NCBI GenBank assembly: GCA_030704615.1
Contig: CM060732.1
Coordinates: 16,058,001-16,122,000, forward strand
Length of the DNA: 64,000 nt
Origin: Takakia lepidozioides
Taxonomy: Eukaryota; Plantae; Bryophyta
Direction of reading: 5' to 3'
Shown here: piece by piece, positions 48,501 through 62,949 of the stretch
Layout: each line of letters opens with the position of its first letter
Position numbering within the stretch: position 1 is the first letter of the stretch
Position numbers and translations under genes: made by a program
The notes under the pieces: generated by a model
Databases searched by the model: none
Seen by the model: only the letters and a program-made list of their open reading frames with translations
Told to the model about the DNA's origin: nothing

Positions 48501-51500
48501 ACAACTGCGAAAACGTGGACCATGGTCTCCTGATCTGCAAACCGTCAGAGAAAATTGGTCAGTACAAGCAAATGAAAACGTGCCACAGGGAACTACATCT
48601 CGGAACTACATATGTACTAGATCTATATCTACCCTGTTGATCGATCTTTATGTCGTATTCGAGCGCATACAAAATTTTACTAACTAGTCCTGCCCAGGAA
48701 TTATACATATTTATTCGATCCAATCCTGCAATCGCTTCTGAATTCTCAACATGATCGTGGCAACTTTGGTAAGCATACCTCGCGTTGCTGCTTGAGTTAG
48801 TGCTACAATTGCTACATCCAGTCAGACATGCGCTTAGACTTGCGCCTTCTGAGCTGACCTCGGACTTCACTCGTTGGGATGACCGTCGCGAAAAATCTTT
48901 CAGTATATAGTCCTTTGGCGGCAATGCAGTTGTTGTCACCAAGCTATTGCCTTTTAGTATCCGTTGTATTCCATTATCAGTACTCTCTCTCGACAAATTA
49001 ACAAGTCGAACAGCGAGCTCGTTGTAGCTCTGCAAAACAAATGAAGTAGCAGGAAACTCGCCAAAGCTCGATGAGCGACGATGGTATAGCAAATGCAGAG
49101 GTCTTGAGATTTGCACCCAAACCCTAAAGAAGAGAGAGAGTCAGAAAATACTGTAGTTCTAATAATTAGATGTGATGAATGCCTTACAGTTAAAAACCTT
49201 GGCATGGACGGGAATACAAACAGCGATATAGAGAGAAAGCAGGTGTAATGGAGAGAGCGAGAGAGAGAGTTTGTAAAACTTTTCAAGACAGTTGACTGAC
49301 GAGCTATTTTTCTTGGCTTTTTGGGATTTACTGTTTCAAAGAACTTAGGGCTTCACCAGTACAGAATGCGCGACAAAGAGGAAGGATGCACAGGACCAGT
49401 GCCAAAAGACTTGATGAATCCTAGTGCAGACAGCTTGTGTGGCAAGCAGGGAAGGCCGGCGTGTTTTGAGCGATTGTTTGTCAGACGTTTCAGGGCTGGA
49501 GAAAAGTGGAGAATGAGGCAGCTACGGCTGATGGTGTGGGTGGGTTGGGCTGGGGTGGGGGGGAGGGGGGTGGAGGCGCATGGGGAATCACTTCACGAAA
49601 TCGCGTGTGGGACGCGGTATTGGAAGCTCCGTTTACGCCGCCTTCATATCTAGGGAATAGCAAAAAGGCCGTGTTGCGGGACGCCATAAAAATGAGAGTT
49701 TTGGGCTGGCCTGGGGCGCTGCCCGGGGTCTAGACCAGTGTTGGCCGGGTATGGCATTTAGACATTCATACCCGGCGGTTATTTGCCGGTTATGCATAGG
49801 TGCATAACCGGAAAGTGCAGCCCGCAGGACCCGGCTATGGAAGGGAACCGGCAAAGGCCATCGAGGTTGCTAACCGACTAGACAACCGGGCGTCGTGATT
49901 GTAAGGGTGTTATACCCGGAGTGAGATCCGGAGCAAGTGTGGATGGCGTAGAGGCGGTTCTAAATAATGCAGGTGCAGGGTCCAAGAGAAATGCTTTCAA
50001 TCGATTTGATTTCGCCGCCATGCAAGAATGCATGTCTGCTCTGTCACGCAGCCATTGACATCTTTTCAATCAATTCTCTCATCCCTCCATTAAGGTTTCT
50101 GATTTGTGTTTTGTCTCTTTATTATTACTATTATTTTCTGGTCCTCTTGAAATATATATATAAAGAAGAGGGTAAGAGGCCCCAAGCTTTATAATAAGGA
50201 CATGAATGTATGAGAGATACAAGAGGAAAAAATAACCTCTGAATATATCATAGATGAAAATCAATTTCTCCTCTCACAGGGCCTAATTTGTGAGCCAGAT
50301 GTTTCCCTTTAAAAATAAAAAATAAAAAATAAAACCACTATTGATAACCGTAATATAGGTACCCGGTAGTCTTCCACTTGGATAACCGGTATATTGATAA
50401 CCGAGACACTTTTTGGGGGGACCATTCTATTGATAACCTGTAACCAACTTAATTTTTGAACCACTATATTATATATAACCGCCTCCATACCACTTTACAT
50501 GAATATGCTTTATCCGGACCCTTCAATATGCCCAAAATGTGATACCCTGCCAACACTGGTCTAGACCATGGACCAAGCCAGGTCGACTGGACGTCCTGCA
50601 CCCCAGTCCATACAGGGAACTCATTGGGAACAAATTTCGGCTGCTGCCCGTCCTTTCCTGTTGTCCCGGGGTTGCAGTGGCCCGGGCTTAGAAAGCCCGG
50701 GAAAGATTTGCTAGCCCTGGGTAAATATTTCCTGGACCCAGGGAAAGATTCTTTACCCTGGGATATGAAGACACCCAAGAAATATTCTAGACGAATATTC
50801 CTTGATCCTTTAACCCTGGGTTTACATAAGGCAGTTTTCATCCGTCGACCATGTATTCTACATCGCGTATTTTCTAGGTGTCTCGCGTACGAGAGCACTG
50901 CCTCTCTCGCCAAACAACAAAGGCGTTGTTTTTACTAAGCATCCGTTTTCCTTCCTGTTTGGATCTCGGAAAATGTCTCTTACGAAACGAGGACAGACTC
51001 TCTTGAGGACTCGAAAGATACTTGAAAAATACCCCCAAGCAGTTCGGCAGAGGTCAAGGAGATAGGCGGAGGGAAAAGCTCAAACATTAAAGCTGTTGCT
51101 GGAATGTTTATGTGGAAAAGGGGAAAGCAGCGGCAACAGGAGATAGTCGCAAGATCCCTCCAACTTTGGGGAATGCAAAAGGGAGGGCAGAGGTCAAGGA
51201 GGTAGGTGCAAAGAAAAGCTCCAACATGTGTTGCTACGTCTCATATTTTAGGCAAATAGGACCTCTCTAAGACTTGTTGTGTATTCTGCAAATTGTTATT
51301 TGCATATGGCAATTGGCAAAGCTACCACACAAGATTTGCCTACATGATGTTATGGCACACACAGTTTCTTTCTAATAAGAAGTAAAGAAAGAGAAGTGAA
51401 GAAAAGATATTTGTAACCGACATGGAGGAGAAGAAGAGTATGTATTTGTGTATGGCAGCAATTGTCATGTGTTGTGTGTGTGGGGGTTTAGGATTTCCAG

Positions 51501-53648
51501 ACAGAGAGTATACTGTCAAAAAGAGCACAGTTCATTCGGACGGGACAAATCAAAGGTGAACTGGAAGTGGATTCTGATAGGCAGAGCCACAAGGGCCTCT
51601 GTCCATTAATGCCTGACGAGGTACTCCTTGGCAGTCAGGACAATGAAAATTCACATCTGCATATATGCGTATCTTTTATATCTTCAGATTAGGAAAGTCT
51701 GCGGTTGTCCGTCATTGGTTGACGCTGGACTCTGCCACTCTAGGAACCCGCTTCTGAACATTTGTCAAAGCTGTGAAGAGTTGCCACTCCCTATACAGAA
51801 ACTGTACATTAAGTTGCATATAGGGCTATGTTCGGTTGGGAGAAAGTTTAGAGATGGAGTATCATCTAGGGGACAGTTTGTCCTGCAACTGAGCTCCCTC
51901 ATCCACATCTGGGGTAACTTTCTTGGCTTATCCAAAAGTTGTCTGATTTGGATTTTATGAGTTCCTTCTGAGTTCTTGGTCTGGAGGACTGTGCTTGGTG
52001 TTATGTGCATGCATGGACTCACAAAGTACATCTTAGTTTCCGAAGGAGGATTTTATGTGCTCAGAGGATCTTAATTGAGGGCCAAAGTTAATTTTGACAT
52101 CAGTAAATGTCAGCAACGAAGGACCAGCTGACTAGCTTGCAGATAGACTGTGCTTGTCTCATTTATTTGTGTGACTTGTGGTTCTTATTGGCTGGCATTG
52201 TGTCAGTTTGTCTTCCTTGAGAAGATATTGCTTAAAAGTTTCTTAGCACCTTCTTCAGTTCCACACTGTGCCCTTCCATGCCTTTTCTGCATAATGAAAG
52301 CCTGGAGGCCTGCTCTGTGCAACTGCATCAATGTAGAGGAGATACTCAGAATACACATTGGCACTCAAATCTACCTCTGGAGATCCTAAGTGTTAGCAGG
52401 ACTGTCTTGCAGGTTGTTCTTGTCTTTGCTCTGGGAAGAATCTCAAGACGACGATCCAAATCCCAGTGTCAAGGCCCCTCTTTGCTGGATATGCGTCCCT
52501 TATTTGGTGCTCCGATGGTTTTTAGATGTTTTCAAACATTCAAGCTGTTTTAAACAAATACGATGTTTGAAGAGGTACGGCTGTAAAAGGAAAAACAACT
52601 GCCATGTTGGAGTGTCTAATTCATTATAATCCATTTTTCAAGAAGATTTTGTTCAGCTAGGTTGGGACAACTCTGCTTTATGTCAGACCTTGTGTTTCAC
52701 GAAGATTCACCAGCCAGGCAGATGTATTTTTACATGCACATCACAGGTTCAGTGTCTTGTACTTGATACCAGTCTGTGGCTTGAAGGTTGATGGTGCCTT
52801 CTTTACCAATTATTTGAAGATCTGGTCTTGTCTCTTGGGTTGGGAACTTTTGGAGGGGGTCGACTTGCATTGACTGGCCTCACCAACTAAGTTATTTTTC
52901 TATTGACATGTTTGTCAAGTAGATGCTTGAATTAGTGTTTCATTCCAGAGCTCCATGCCCGGGAGGGGTTTGATGAGTTTTTGGTGAAATTTTGGCAGAT
53001 TATGAGTCTTTGTGCTCCAGAGTGGGATAGAAGTGGCAAAGTACTAGATGCGGTCACTCCAACAAACTGTTTTTTTTCTGTGGTGAAAGGAAAAAGGGGA
53101 TTCTGTCCATCAGAAAAGAGACCATCTTTTGCACTTGGCCTTCGTGTAAGTCTTGCTTCTCTGTGTCTTTTTTAGATGGATTGCTTGAATTTATGCCAAG
53201 AAGTATACTTCTGTTGAATAGTTTCAATGGAGGATGCCTGAAGTGCACATGGGCTCTTATTTTTGCACTTACTGGTGATTTTTTCAGGCCGGAGCATGCC
53301 TGCGTAGAACTGTCGTGCACTGAGGATGGGCATGTAACTCATTCTCTTTTTGTTCACATATACTGGTGCTTGGATTGGACAAATCTCAACCAACTCTGCT
53401 ATATTGCATACCAGGTGTGGGCAGATCCAAGTGAACAGCATCACCGCAAGGAGAAACGTTCCGTATGAGTTTCTGTATCTTCTTCTCTGTTTACACTATA
53501 GATGGTTGAAGCCACTGCCCCTGACTTAAACTTGCTTTGATTGTGCCTTCCAACCAGGTCGTGAATGCTTTGTTACTGTCATCATTTATGCCTTTAGACC
53601 AAATTTTTCTAGAAACTTGGGAGTCATGCCTGCCGTTGCTACCCCTTC

Positions 53649-53654
<6 letters not shown>

Positions 53655-53712
<58 letters not shown>
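53655..53712. repeat. (CT)n(CA)n microsatellite
   Basis: Read directly. Confidence 0.95.
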
Positions 53713-53759
53713 TATGGGTTGATAACTCCAACCAGGCTAAGTCTCTAGAATCCATTCAA

Positions 53760-54440
53760 GTGGGGGTGCTTAAGGAGTGCTTGTCAGCATGCTCCAAACC
53801 AGCCAATGTGGGTTTGGCGTCCCTTCCTTACATGCAGGGCCAAAGCAACAACGGGAGTAAATCACAGTGGCAGCTGACCTACTCCCCTCATTGGACCAAT
53901 GGGCAAGAAACTGAAGAAGTGGTGGTTCCGCCAAAGCCACCCACCCCTGTCAAGGATTCCATGCTGGAAGCAATAGTGAATGAGACAGCTGCTGGAGCCC
54001 CAGCACCCTCTAGCAACAATATCCAAGATGATGAAATGGTGTCATGGTTACAATATCCCCTCGATGATTCATTGGAAATGAACTATTGCTTGGATTTTTT
54101 TGGAGAGCTGCCAAGTTCAAATATTGCAAGTCTTGAAGGATTCGTTTGTTGTTGGCCAGGGAGTAGGCCGAGGTCAGCGGCTGCCTCTACCAGCCACTAT
54201 AGGGATGAGAATGTACCGAATAGGGCTACGAGTGCTGAGGCTGCTATGGCATTAGGGGCTGGGCGTGCTGTGGGTCTAACATCACAGGCAGGGGTTGAGG
54301 CCTTCACCAAAGTGCGGACCCTGCACCCATCTGTTGCTAAGGGGCAACCACATGGCCTCACTCCCAGCTCTTCCAAGGGCTTTGGTTTGTACCCAACTTT
54401 GGGCCCATCTCCCACAAGAACAGTTCTGTGTCCCAACGCA
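53760..54440 (+). pseudogene. Fragment of a PIF-like bHLH gene (N-terminal part, no bHLH domain)
   Basis: IQDDEMVSWLQYPLDDSLEMNYCLDFFGELP resembles the conserved PIF motif DEM.SWL.YPL; truncated. Confidence 0.6.
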
Positions 54441-54779
54441 TGTGACTTCCATTGTATTTGTATTGCTCAGTGGCATAGAGGCATGAACTGTTCTGTTCAC
54501 ACAGCTTCTGACAAATTGTACACAGTCAATTGTTCACACAGTCTGTTCAATTGTTCACTATTCTGTTCACACAGTCAATTGATGGTCTCTTTCAGGATGT
54601 CAATCTCACTGATGATGTCCCTAGATATACTTCTGAATTGGTTTGCACCTCACCTTCAATTTTCTGCCTGAAAGGATTTGTTGGTTGCTTGCAGATTTCA
54701 CTCCTCAATGTCTATGCCGACATGTCTACAACATGCAAGGTCCTTCCGCACAGTCTCCTAGCTAGGTACACATATATTG

Positions 54780-57700
54780 TCATGGTCTCCCATAACTTGT
54801 GTCCATTATTGAGTATTGTATCCTTCGAAACGTCATCTGCTCGTCTTTGTAGGGTGGTAGATAAAGGGTCTGCACACAGGTAGAGGACTGAATGCAAGGG
54901 TTATCTTTTCGGTCTAGGAGCATGATGCTCATGCATCGCGCTCCAAAATACTCCAGACCTGTCGTAAACACGGCGAGACGAGTTCTTTCTGCATAGGTCA
55001 TCCTGTTCACACACCTCGTGAACCAATGCCATTGCACGGGGTCAATGGAGTGGTGGAAGTCGCAGTGTCGTAGGAAATCTGCCGCCTCAATAGCACAGGT
55101 CCCGTTGAACAACACCCTTAGCGTCTCTGGAGTGAGTAGATCCAAGCAAGCTCGCATTTCTGATTTTTTTGGGGGAGATGCATTTGCATGCTCAATACCC
55201 ATAACAAACCCTTCATGCATGGCAAGGCCTATTTCCCCTCGACCCTCAAATAGGTGGTTGTATATTATTGCTCCAACTTTGGATTTCACATCCTTCTCCC
55301 AACTCTCCTCCTTCACTTCAAAATTTTGGAATGTCCACCCAAGACCTTCATCAATCTGCTCTGTAGACAACTCCTTGACCAGGTCTTTAGCATCTTCAAT
55401 AGATTTGGTCAATCACGTAAGAAGTGCCCACTTGCTTGGCCATCCGAGCCTAAAATCTCTCTCTAAATCTGTGCGTAGTTTCTGGTCAACCCCTTTCTCC
55501 AGGTTTTGAGACGTTGGCACCTAGTTCAACATTATGAGTAGGGTTGCATACGAAAAGAAGCGTGGGACCTCAATCATATAAGAGGCCAGCTTGAAGATTA
55601 GATGTCCGAGCATGCGGGCCTGCGTTTAAGAATTTTCGACTATTAGTCAGTGGAAATCAATTGAAGGAAATCTACTAATTGTGTTTACTGAAAAACAGAC
55701 CAGTTTTTGAAGAGGAAGATGTGGGCGAAGTGTGAGGCACACCCAGAGACCCCTGTAGCAGATCAGACTGTTGCAATGCTGCCACAGCCCCCTCAAGATT
55801 GGGGAGTGCCTACTGATTCCACCTCTCTTTCTCTCTCTCTCAAACCTTTCCTCTCCCTCTCTCTCCACCAATACAAGGTGGCCCCAAGAAGTCTGGCCAA
55901 CATGTGAGAGTGGTTAATTAGAGTGTTGGATTTGAGTCGGGAAAGAGGATTTACACTGTCTAGTTGCATATCCGGACGCACGACCTCGGTATCGAGCTTG
56001 ACATGTAAAAGTTGTCCTTGCATATTGTCCACATATTCAAATATCTGGTTGTAATTTTGAGGCCAAGAATAACACACAGTTAGTCCAACTTATCCCAAAT
56101 TATGTCAACTAAAATTGGATACTTATTTTTGCTCTGCTGGGCATATATTACAGGTGAAAGGGAATCTCACGTAGTGGATTGACCAAAATTGTTTCCATGT
56201 ATTGGTAAGCCACGCATCTCGCAACCCGTCAGCGTCATATGTGTTTGTTTCTGCGATCCCGCTCGCGTGTATGAAATCCACCTTAGGTTTGTACCAAGCT
56301 TCTTTGGATAACAAGATTCTGCACCATTGTTCTGTAAAAGCCTGCAAATATTTTCCTTGGTGCACCTACAGAATTCCAATGTTTTTTTATGAGAGTTTGT
56401 TAAATCATATGCATATGCTTGTAGTCATATGCATGTGTAATTTTAATCTCCATGACAACAAATCTTTGTGATAGTAAATCTTTTTTTACAGTAAATAACA
56501 ATGTTGTGCTTTCATAATTCTGGTAACAGGGTGGCGGTTTTTTCTGTTATACCTTAATTCGAGTCTCCTGGAGCCTGGAGGAGCTTAGGTGGTCGTTGTA
56601 GGTCTTGAACACTTTCCTCTCTACATAGAAGTGTTGATAGGTGAAGAGTGCCTCATCCACCTGTGTACAGGCTTCCAATAAGATTGACTCGTCTTCTTCG
56701 GTGAGCTGATGTGCTTGATGGCACATAATGTCCAATTGGGATCTTGTAAAAGAGCTGAATGTGGGCATCTCCAAGATTTTGTCCACGTCTTCAAGATCTG
56801 ATGATGGTCCTCTTTCTAGGCCCTTGCCATAAGCTTCTACAATAGCCTTTGCTGCTTGTAAGGCATCGCACTCTTCAGTTTGGGCAACACATGCCTCAAA
56901 CTCATCCCATTTTTTCCAATATGGTAGAGCAACAAATTCGAATTCCCTTCGAATGTCGCTTGGTGCAAACATGGCTAAGGTCTCATCTCTGATCACCTTT
57001 GCCAATTCAAGCTCGGTACATCCCACCCCTCTCTTGGTGTCTTTGCGATTGCATAGCTCTAGACCAATTTGTCTTAACCCCTCCTCCACAGACGAATCTC
57101 CCCTAACCTTATCTTCAAATGCATTGAAGGCCATCCAAAATGTTTTAGATCTTCTTTAGTTAGAAACATTGCTGTCACCAACCTTGATGTGACGTTCCTC
57201 CAAGGCGTCAAAGTAAGCTTTGCACGAACAGATCCACAACTCTGACAAGGATTCTAGCTTGAAGTCATCATTGGAGTCACTGATGATGAGAGGCTGGTTC
57301 ATAGGTCCATCTTGGACCACGTCCTCCAAGTGATCAAACCCATCATTAGGATTTTCAGAGGGGGAGAGAGATGTTGGCCATGTGGGTGACTGGTCGCTTG
57401 TGGAAGCATTGAGATTCAGTTGTACATAGGGGAATGACGGGGGACCTGTACAAAGTTTTGAGGAATTTAGCACATGTTGTCTTTTGGCAAGTAGCACCTT
57501 GTACATATAGGTCACGCAAGTACACTAACTATATTCACCATGGCAGCCCCTCGTCTTTTACAGATACAGCCCTCAAGGACTTCTCATGTCTCTATTGTAG
57601 TTACATCAGGTGCTTTGCTAAGTTCTCCCCATATTGGATCGGGCCAATCATTCGGATTCATAAATCAGGAATCAGGAATGGTCAGCAGCAGTTCCATATT

Positions 57701-59135
57701 TGATCAATTGCATTTGGATTTGGATTTCTAAAACAGATACTAATATATAATAGATGTGTATGTGATGTGAAAACCAAGATAGGAGGAGGTATCCGTGCGC
57801 GAAGTTTGAGAAGGTCTTTCATCAGAGGAGGGAAGTGACGAAGACAATCGAGCTCTTTGATTGGAAGATGCTGGAACACGCAAGAATCGATCATCTGGAT
57901 ACATGTAGACATCATCGATGCCTCCTGGCATTGCAGGAGGTCCACCTCCTGTTTTGTCAGAGATTGGTGAGTTTTAAAATGGTCACATAATATTTCTGTT
58001 CTACCCAACCATATACTCCCTAAGCTTCTTCCCAGCCACGGATGGGGTATGACTAAGTGCCCTCACTTTTGGCACAAGGCTGCAGTTCACTAAATTATTG
58101 GGGTATATATAGACCACTTCACGACCAGATTGGTAGAGACAGATTCCTTAATGGAGTTTAAACTTCTGTACCTGCAGAATAAATTCAGAGAGGTCTCTAC
58201 TTGGAAGTTCAATTTCATGAAAATGCATCAAGAATAGTGTACTTGTAGAAGGTCCAGCGCGGTATGGGATTGATGTTGGTCCCCTTGATGATGACGCAAC
58301 AAGTGATGAGGGAGGCAATTGGTCTTCATATGGTGAAGGCAGTGTATCGTCATCTTCATCATTAGGCATGTCTCCTTGCAACATTGCAATGTAAGAAGTA
58401 ACAGCAGCCCTTGGTAGGATGTTAGGCTCTAGGCAATACACCAAATACGTGTTGGATGTAACCGTTCCAAACAAGCTTCCAGGATTTGCCACAAACAGTA
58501 AGAGTGAATAACTCTGTTGTGAACCTGCCCCCTCTAGCCTCTTTGATCTCTTGTAGAATATTCCCGAGTAGGTTGGCCCTGCGGTATGAGCATATCGTGG
58601 GACTTGCGCAAATGCATTTGCAATTGCGAACTCCACAGAGGTGGGTGCGAAGGGTGATGGGTGTGTAACCAGCCCACCGAGTGTCTGATGATAAATTCAC
58701 GGCCACTGCTGGAATATTAGATGGCCAAGTAGCCACTGTGGGTACTATACCACCTTGTTTGCGCACCCAAATGGTTCCTCTTGGTAATTGATACACAGTC
58801 CGGTTGATGATTTGTGAATGGCGAGTACGTGTAGCACTTGCGGCTGGTCTGCCTCTCAAAGCTCTCCCAAATTGGGGAGGAAATGCAAATCCTTGCCCAC
58901 GTCCCTGAAGTGGGGATGGAAACACTGCCACCCTTGGAGGAGGTGTAAATGTCTCGGTCTCTGCACTATACCTTGAACCTTGATGAGTTGGAGATGCACT
59001 GGCGGAGAGATTTGATTGCATTCTTGAAGATTGTCCTTGGCAAGGCAACACCACCCTTTGTGGAGGAGTGAAGGTATCATCCCCATCTCCTTCATCGTAT
59101 TCTGAAGAAGGTGACCGTAGGCACCTGTTATCCAT
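54780..59135 (-). pseudogene. Multi-exon gene with a C-terminal HECT-like E3 ligase domain, probably TE-borne and decayed
   Basis: The last exon has ERTRLAVFTTG...IQSSTCVQTLYLPPYKD...YG (HECT C-lobe with catalytic Cys). Upstream ORF pieces at 56123-59135 are assigned by strand and splice sites only. Confidence 0.6.
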
Positions 59136-59349
59136 CTTGGAATACTTGTAGGCTGTATTCTCTTCCTAACATGCATGGAGGCCAGTGTTTAGAAGATACC
59201 TATGAGTTCTCACAATCAGATCCTCAAAATTTGATATATCTTCAAAGGCATGTATATGTTTCTCTTTCTCTCTCTAATTGCTTAAAGAGGACAACAAGTT
59301 CTTAGGAACAAGCAGGCAAAGAAAGAACAAGAGGGCCTGTGAAACTTAC

Positions 59350-59437
59350 AATCTTCTCCACCAGTGTTCACCTGCAACAGGACTTTCAAAGGCTGTCTTC
59401 CCAGTCCACTTACAGCCCGATCTAAATAGTTTGCAAC
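59350..59437 (-). pseudogene. Isolated exon of a YggS/PLP-homeostasis protein gene
   Basis: ag|VANYLDRAVSGLGRQPLKVLLQVNTGGED|gt matches the YggS motif QVNTSGE; no other exons recognised. Confidence 0.75.
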
Positions 59438-60343
59438 CTGCCAAACACCCTCACCTCTAAGAATGCCTAGTGGCATAATTTAAAAAAAGTAAAGTGTGAC
59501 TCTAAAATTTCACTACTTCACTACTTCCACTATTAGTACTTGCATCATTCAACAGACTGATAGATCTGAAATTCATGCACTTCTTGAATTCTGCAAATTC
59601 TAACCTGGGATTATAAACTGTGAGCTACATCATGGAGCCTCACATCCTCACCAAGCTCTGTTGCATTATTGCCTGCATAGAACTAAAATTCATCAAACCA
59701 CAATCAATCCACATGCATTCTAAAATTCATAAGCCAGAGCAATGATGTAAATGCCTATTGACAGTAGAATTGTGCCTCACAAGAACACTTACATGGCTAT
59801 CAATCACCACATCTCTGGACAAACTCACAAGCAGGTAGCAAATGCCTACAACAACAGAGGAAATCAAGAAAGTGACGGAGGATGAAGGAAAACATTTTCA
59901 TTCATCTTATAATCATCCATCTAAACTACTTTTGTCGGACAAGTCTAGCGCTGGTATTGGAACAGGGCTAGAAAGAAGCGGGGATTCTAAGCTGCTGATA
60001 CTCAGGTGTCTGAACCTCCATCGGAGATTTTGTTTTTCATTTTGGGTACACCGAGCCTTGCTACCTCATGAGATCGACATTATCATGGATTCCGGGAATT
60101 GGAAAGAATTGCGGTCTCTTTGCGTAGGGCGACTGTGGAGACTGGTGAAGAGTTCTTAGCAAGCAAGAGATACCACATATAGTAAGGGCTTCGGAATGTG
60201 AAGGGCCTGGGAGGTATGTCAACTTGTTTCTTGCTAGCACATCCAATCACTTCTTGTTTTGACTCACCAAAGCAATTTCCTCAAGGGAAAGGAGGATGAG
60301 AATGTAAACAGATTTTGACAAGATAGAGCAGGATGTAGTCAGT

Positions 60344-60730
60344 ATGGAGGAGTACGTTGAAGCCATGTTGCAGGAGGGAGTGCCATTGAAACACATCGCT
60401 GAGGCTTTATCCATTCCCGATGTTCGACAACTGAAAAGGACCATGAGTAGGATATTGGGGTCCAAGTTCAGCGTATACCATCAATTGACTATGCCAGAAA
60501 TATGTGAGAAGATAGAGAATTTGCTTCCCATCAATGAGAATGGCGTGAACTGGGGAATAAGACAAGTACGGGCAGCCCTTGCAACGTTTAACATTCGAGT
60601 TCCTGAGCGCAAGGTAGCAGCTGCACTTCGGATCATATCACCATACCAATATGAGAGAAGGTTGAGGGCTCGATGTCTTCTACGGGGACAATACAATGTC
60701 ACCATGCCGATGGGGCTTTGGCACATATCT
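60344..60730 (+). pseudogene. N-terminal part of an IS3EU-like/integrase-type DDE transposase
   Basis: HTH-like start, then WGIRQVRAALATFNIRVPERKV...ISP...RR...RGQYNVTMPMGLWHI, matching G.r.....L....rV.....P....R...Y.v..P..lWH.D; breaks just before the first Asp. Confidence 0.65.
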
Positions 60731-62949
60731 GTAGTGTGAATGCAGGGGACAGAACATTACATATGTTTACCATTACGACCTACATCACTATGACGGAGTG
60801 CCCGTCATCCCAACTGCAGAAAGGATGTATCCCTTCATGTAGGTAGTTTCATGAGCGCACTGAACTTATGCTTTGCCAGGAGAAAATGGCTAAGTCATGA
60901 CGGTACACATTTTCATCCATGCGATGAACGTTTTCATCACTGGTTCTTGACCTAAAAGATCGCGGGTTGAGAAAAACGAAGAGGAAGATGACGGATGGCT
61001 CGTAGCGGCTGTTGCAAGCAGTGGTGTCGGCAGGGCAGCCTGTGTTAGGAGGTTGTACCTGCGCGGTGGGATCTTGCTTGGCTTAGGAAGCGGCATTAAG
61101 ACGCCTCTGCTTGGTATTCTGTGTAGAAAGAAGCGGTGTCGCCTCTCTCGTAGTGATGATCAATTCCAAGAGATAGAAGCATGTAAGGAAAGCGGCGCAC
61201 CACCACTGCCGCCAGTGCCTTGAAGATGATAGTTATGGGCAGATGAGCAAGCAAGGAAAAGGCCAGCTGCTGAAAGCACAGGGAAGAGAGTCTGGGCACA
61301 ATCAATGGGGGGGGAGGTAAAGCATGTGGAGTTCTGGCTGTATGGTATCTCAGGTTCTCTGTCATTAAGCTTCTAGCTGCTTTGTGTCTCCTTGTTATAG
61401 GACCAGGCCAATTCGAGAGGAAGAATTGCATAGCGTAATCTGGTTGTCAGGCCACAGGATGGTCCAAGTGAATTAGGGGAGCCATCATGGCGTCATAAGG
61501 TCTGGAATCAAGACAAAGAGAAAGGGTTGAAGTGGTTGCTGACGGGCGATGGCAAGGTGCCACCTTGACAGGCAGACCCGCCGCTTCACTAGTGGATAAA
61601 AACAGATAAGTCGATGAACAGAGGCTTCTTTTTGGGAGGACTTAGAAATTGCTTTGGTAGATTTAGGACTGCCATCTTGGCAGAAGAGAAAAGGTAGAGA
61701 CATGTGACAAGAAAAAGTTTTTGAAATGGGAATGGAGACTCTGGACTTCAGACCAGAACGTGGAAAGGATGGATGCACCTGATGTTGTGATGACAGTGAG
61801 AGAAATAAGTGAAGAGAGAGAGAAAGAGAGAGCCTGTTCGTCACTGAATTCAGAATGGTCACTGTTGTCTTCATTCTTGCATTTTGATTCAGTGTCATAA
61901 ACCTGGACACCATGTTGCCGTGTGTAGTAATAACCTGGAACCAATGTAGATCTGGCTTGTTTGTTTGGAGAGATCAATGATGGTTAGCTGGAGTTGCAAA
62001 AAAAAACATGGAAAGGATAAGGTGATTTCACTATGGGATCAGGATCTGAACAAGCGTTCCACAGTTGAAGGGAAAAGAGGGATGTTGGGGTATTTGGGTT
62101 GAAGTCTGACAAAAGAGATTGAGAGCTGTTTGAGCGATGGGTCATTGGAAAAAGGGACAAGAGAGAGAGAAAGAGAGAGAGACTGATGGATGGGATGGTT
62201 GTGTCTTGAGAGACCGAGGATGACTTCAAGGCTGGCCGCACTGGATGCCTAGCAGCGTGTGCATTCACATTACATGACAGATCTGCTGTTGTGAAATAGT
62301 GGGGAACCTGGGGACATAGACAGAGATAGTGAAACAGACAAAAAGGGAAAAGAAAGAGAGAGAGTGAAAAATGGGATTTGGGTAAGGAGAGAGCTGCAAT
62401 TCAAAAGGGCTGTTGGGGGGGGGGTTTGGCCAATTTGGGGAGATGAGATGAAGAAAACCTGAAAGAAACCAGTGCCCCTGCAGACCATGAAGATCTGAGC
62501 TGCCTCCTCCTAAATCTGTGTCACCACTACAAAAAAGGGATTTCCGACCTGTCACTGCTCAAGTGGGCTTCACATAAAGGATCGTGTTTACCGCTGCCAT
62601 TGGGCTGATTTGCATCACTGAATACATCGCACCAGCATAGCTGGTGCTGTACCTGCTGATAGGGGATGTTGTGTAAAAGGTAGAACCAAGAGTGAACAAC
62701 AAATTGACTCCCCATCCATGTCTTCCCTTCCGCTGCGGCGTGGATGAGGATTGCTTGAACTCTGATCACGGAGGAGCTGAGGGAAACCCACAGCCAAGTA
62801 ACGACAGTTGGACAGATTAGAAAGAACGCTTCTTTCCTCTTGCTCCGCAATCAATGGAGGGGAGCACAATTAGAATTATACAGAAGGGGATTCACGCCCC
62901 TTCTTTTCACACTACATATCCACTTAGGTCACCTACAAACCATTTTCTG

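Noticed and set aside
49740-50830. TAACCG- and CCCGGG-rich clusters
   Set aside because: Probably subterminal repeats of small TEs, but ends could not be defined.
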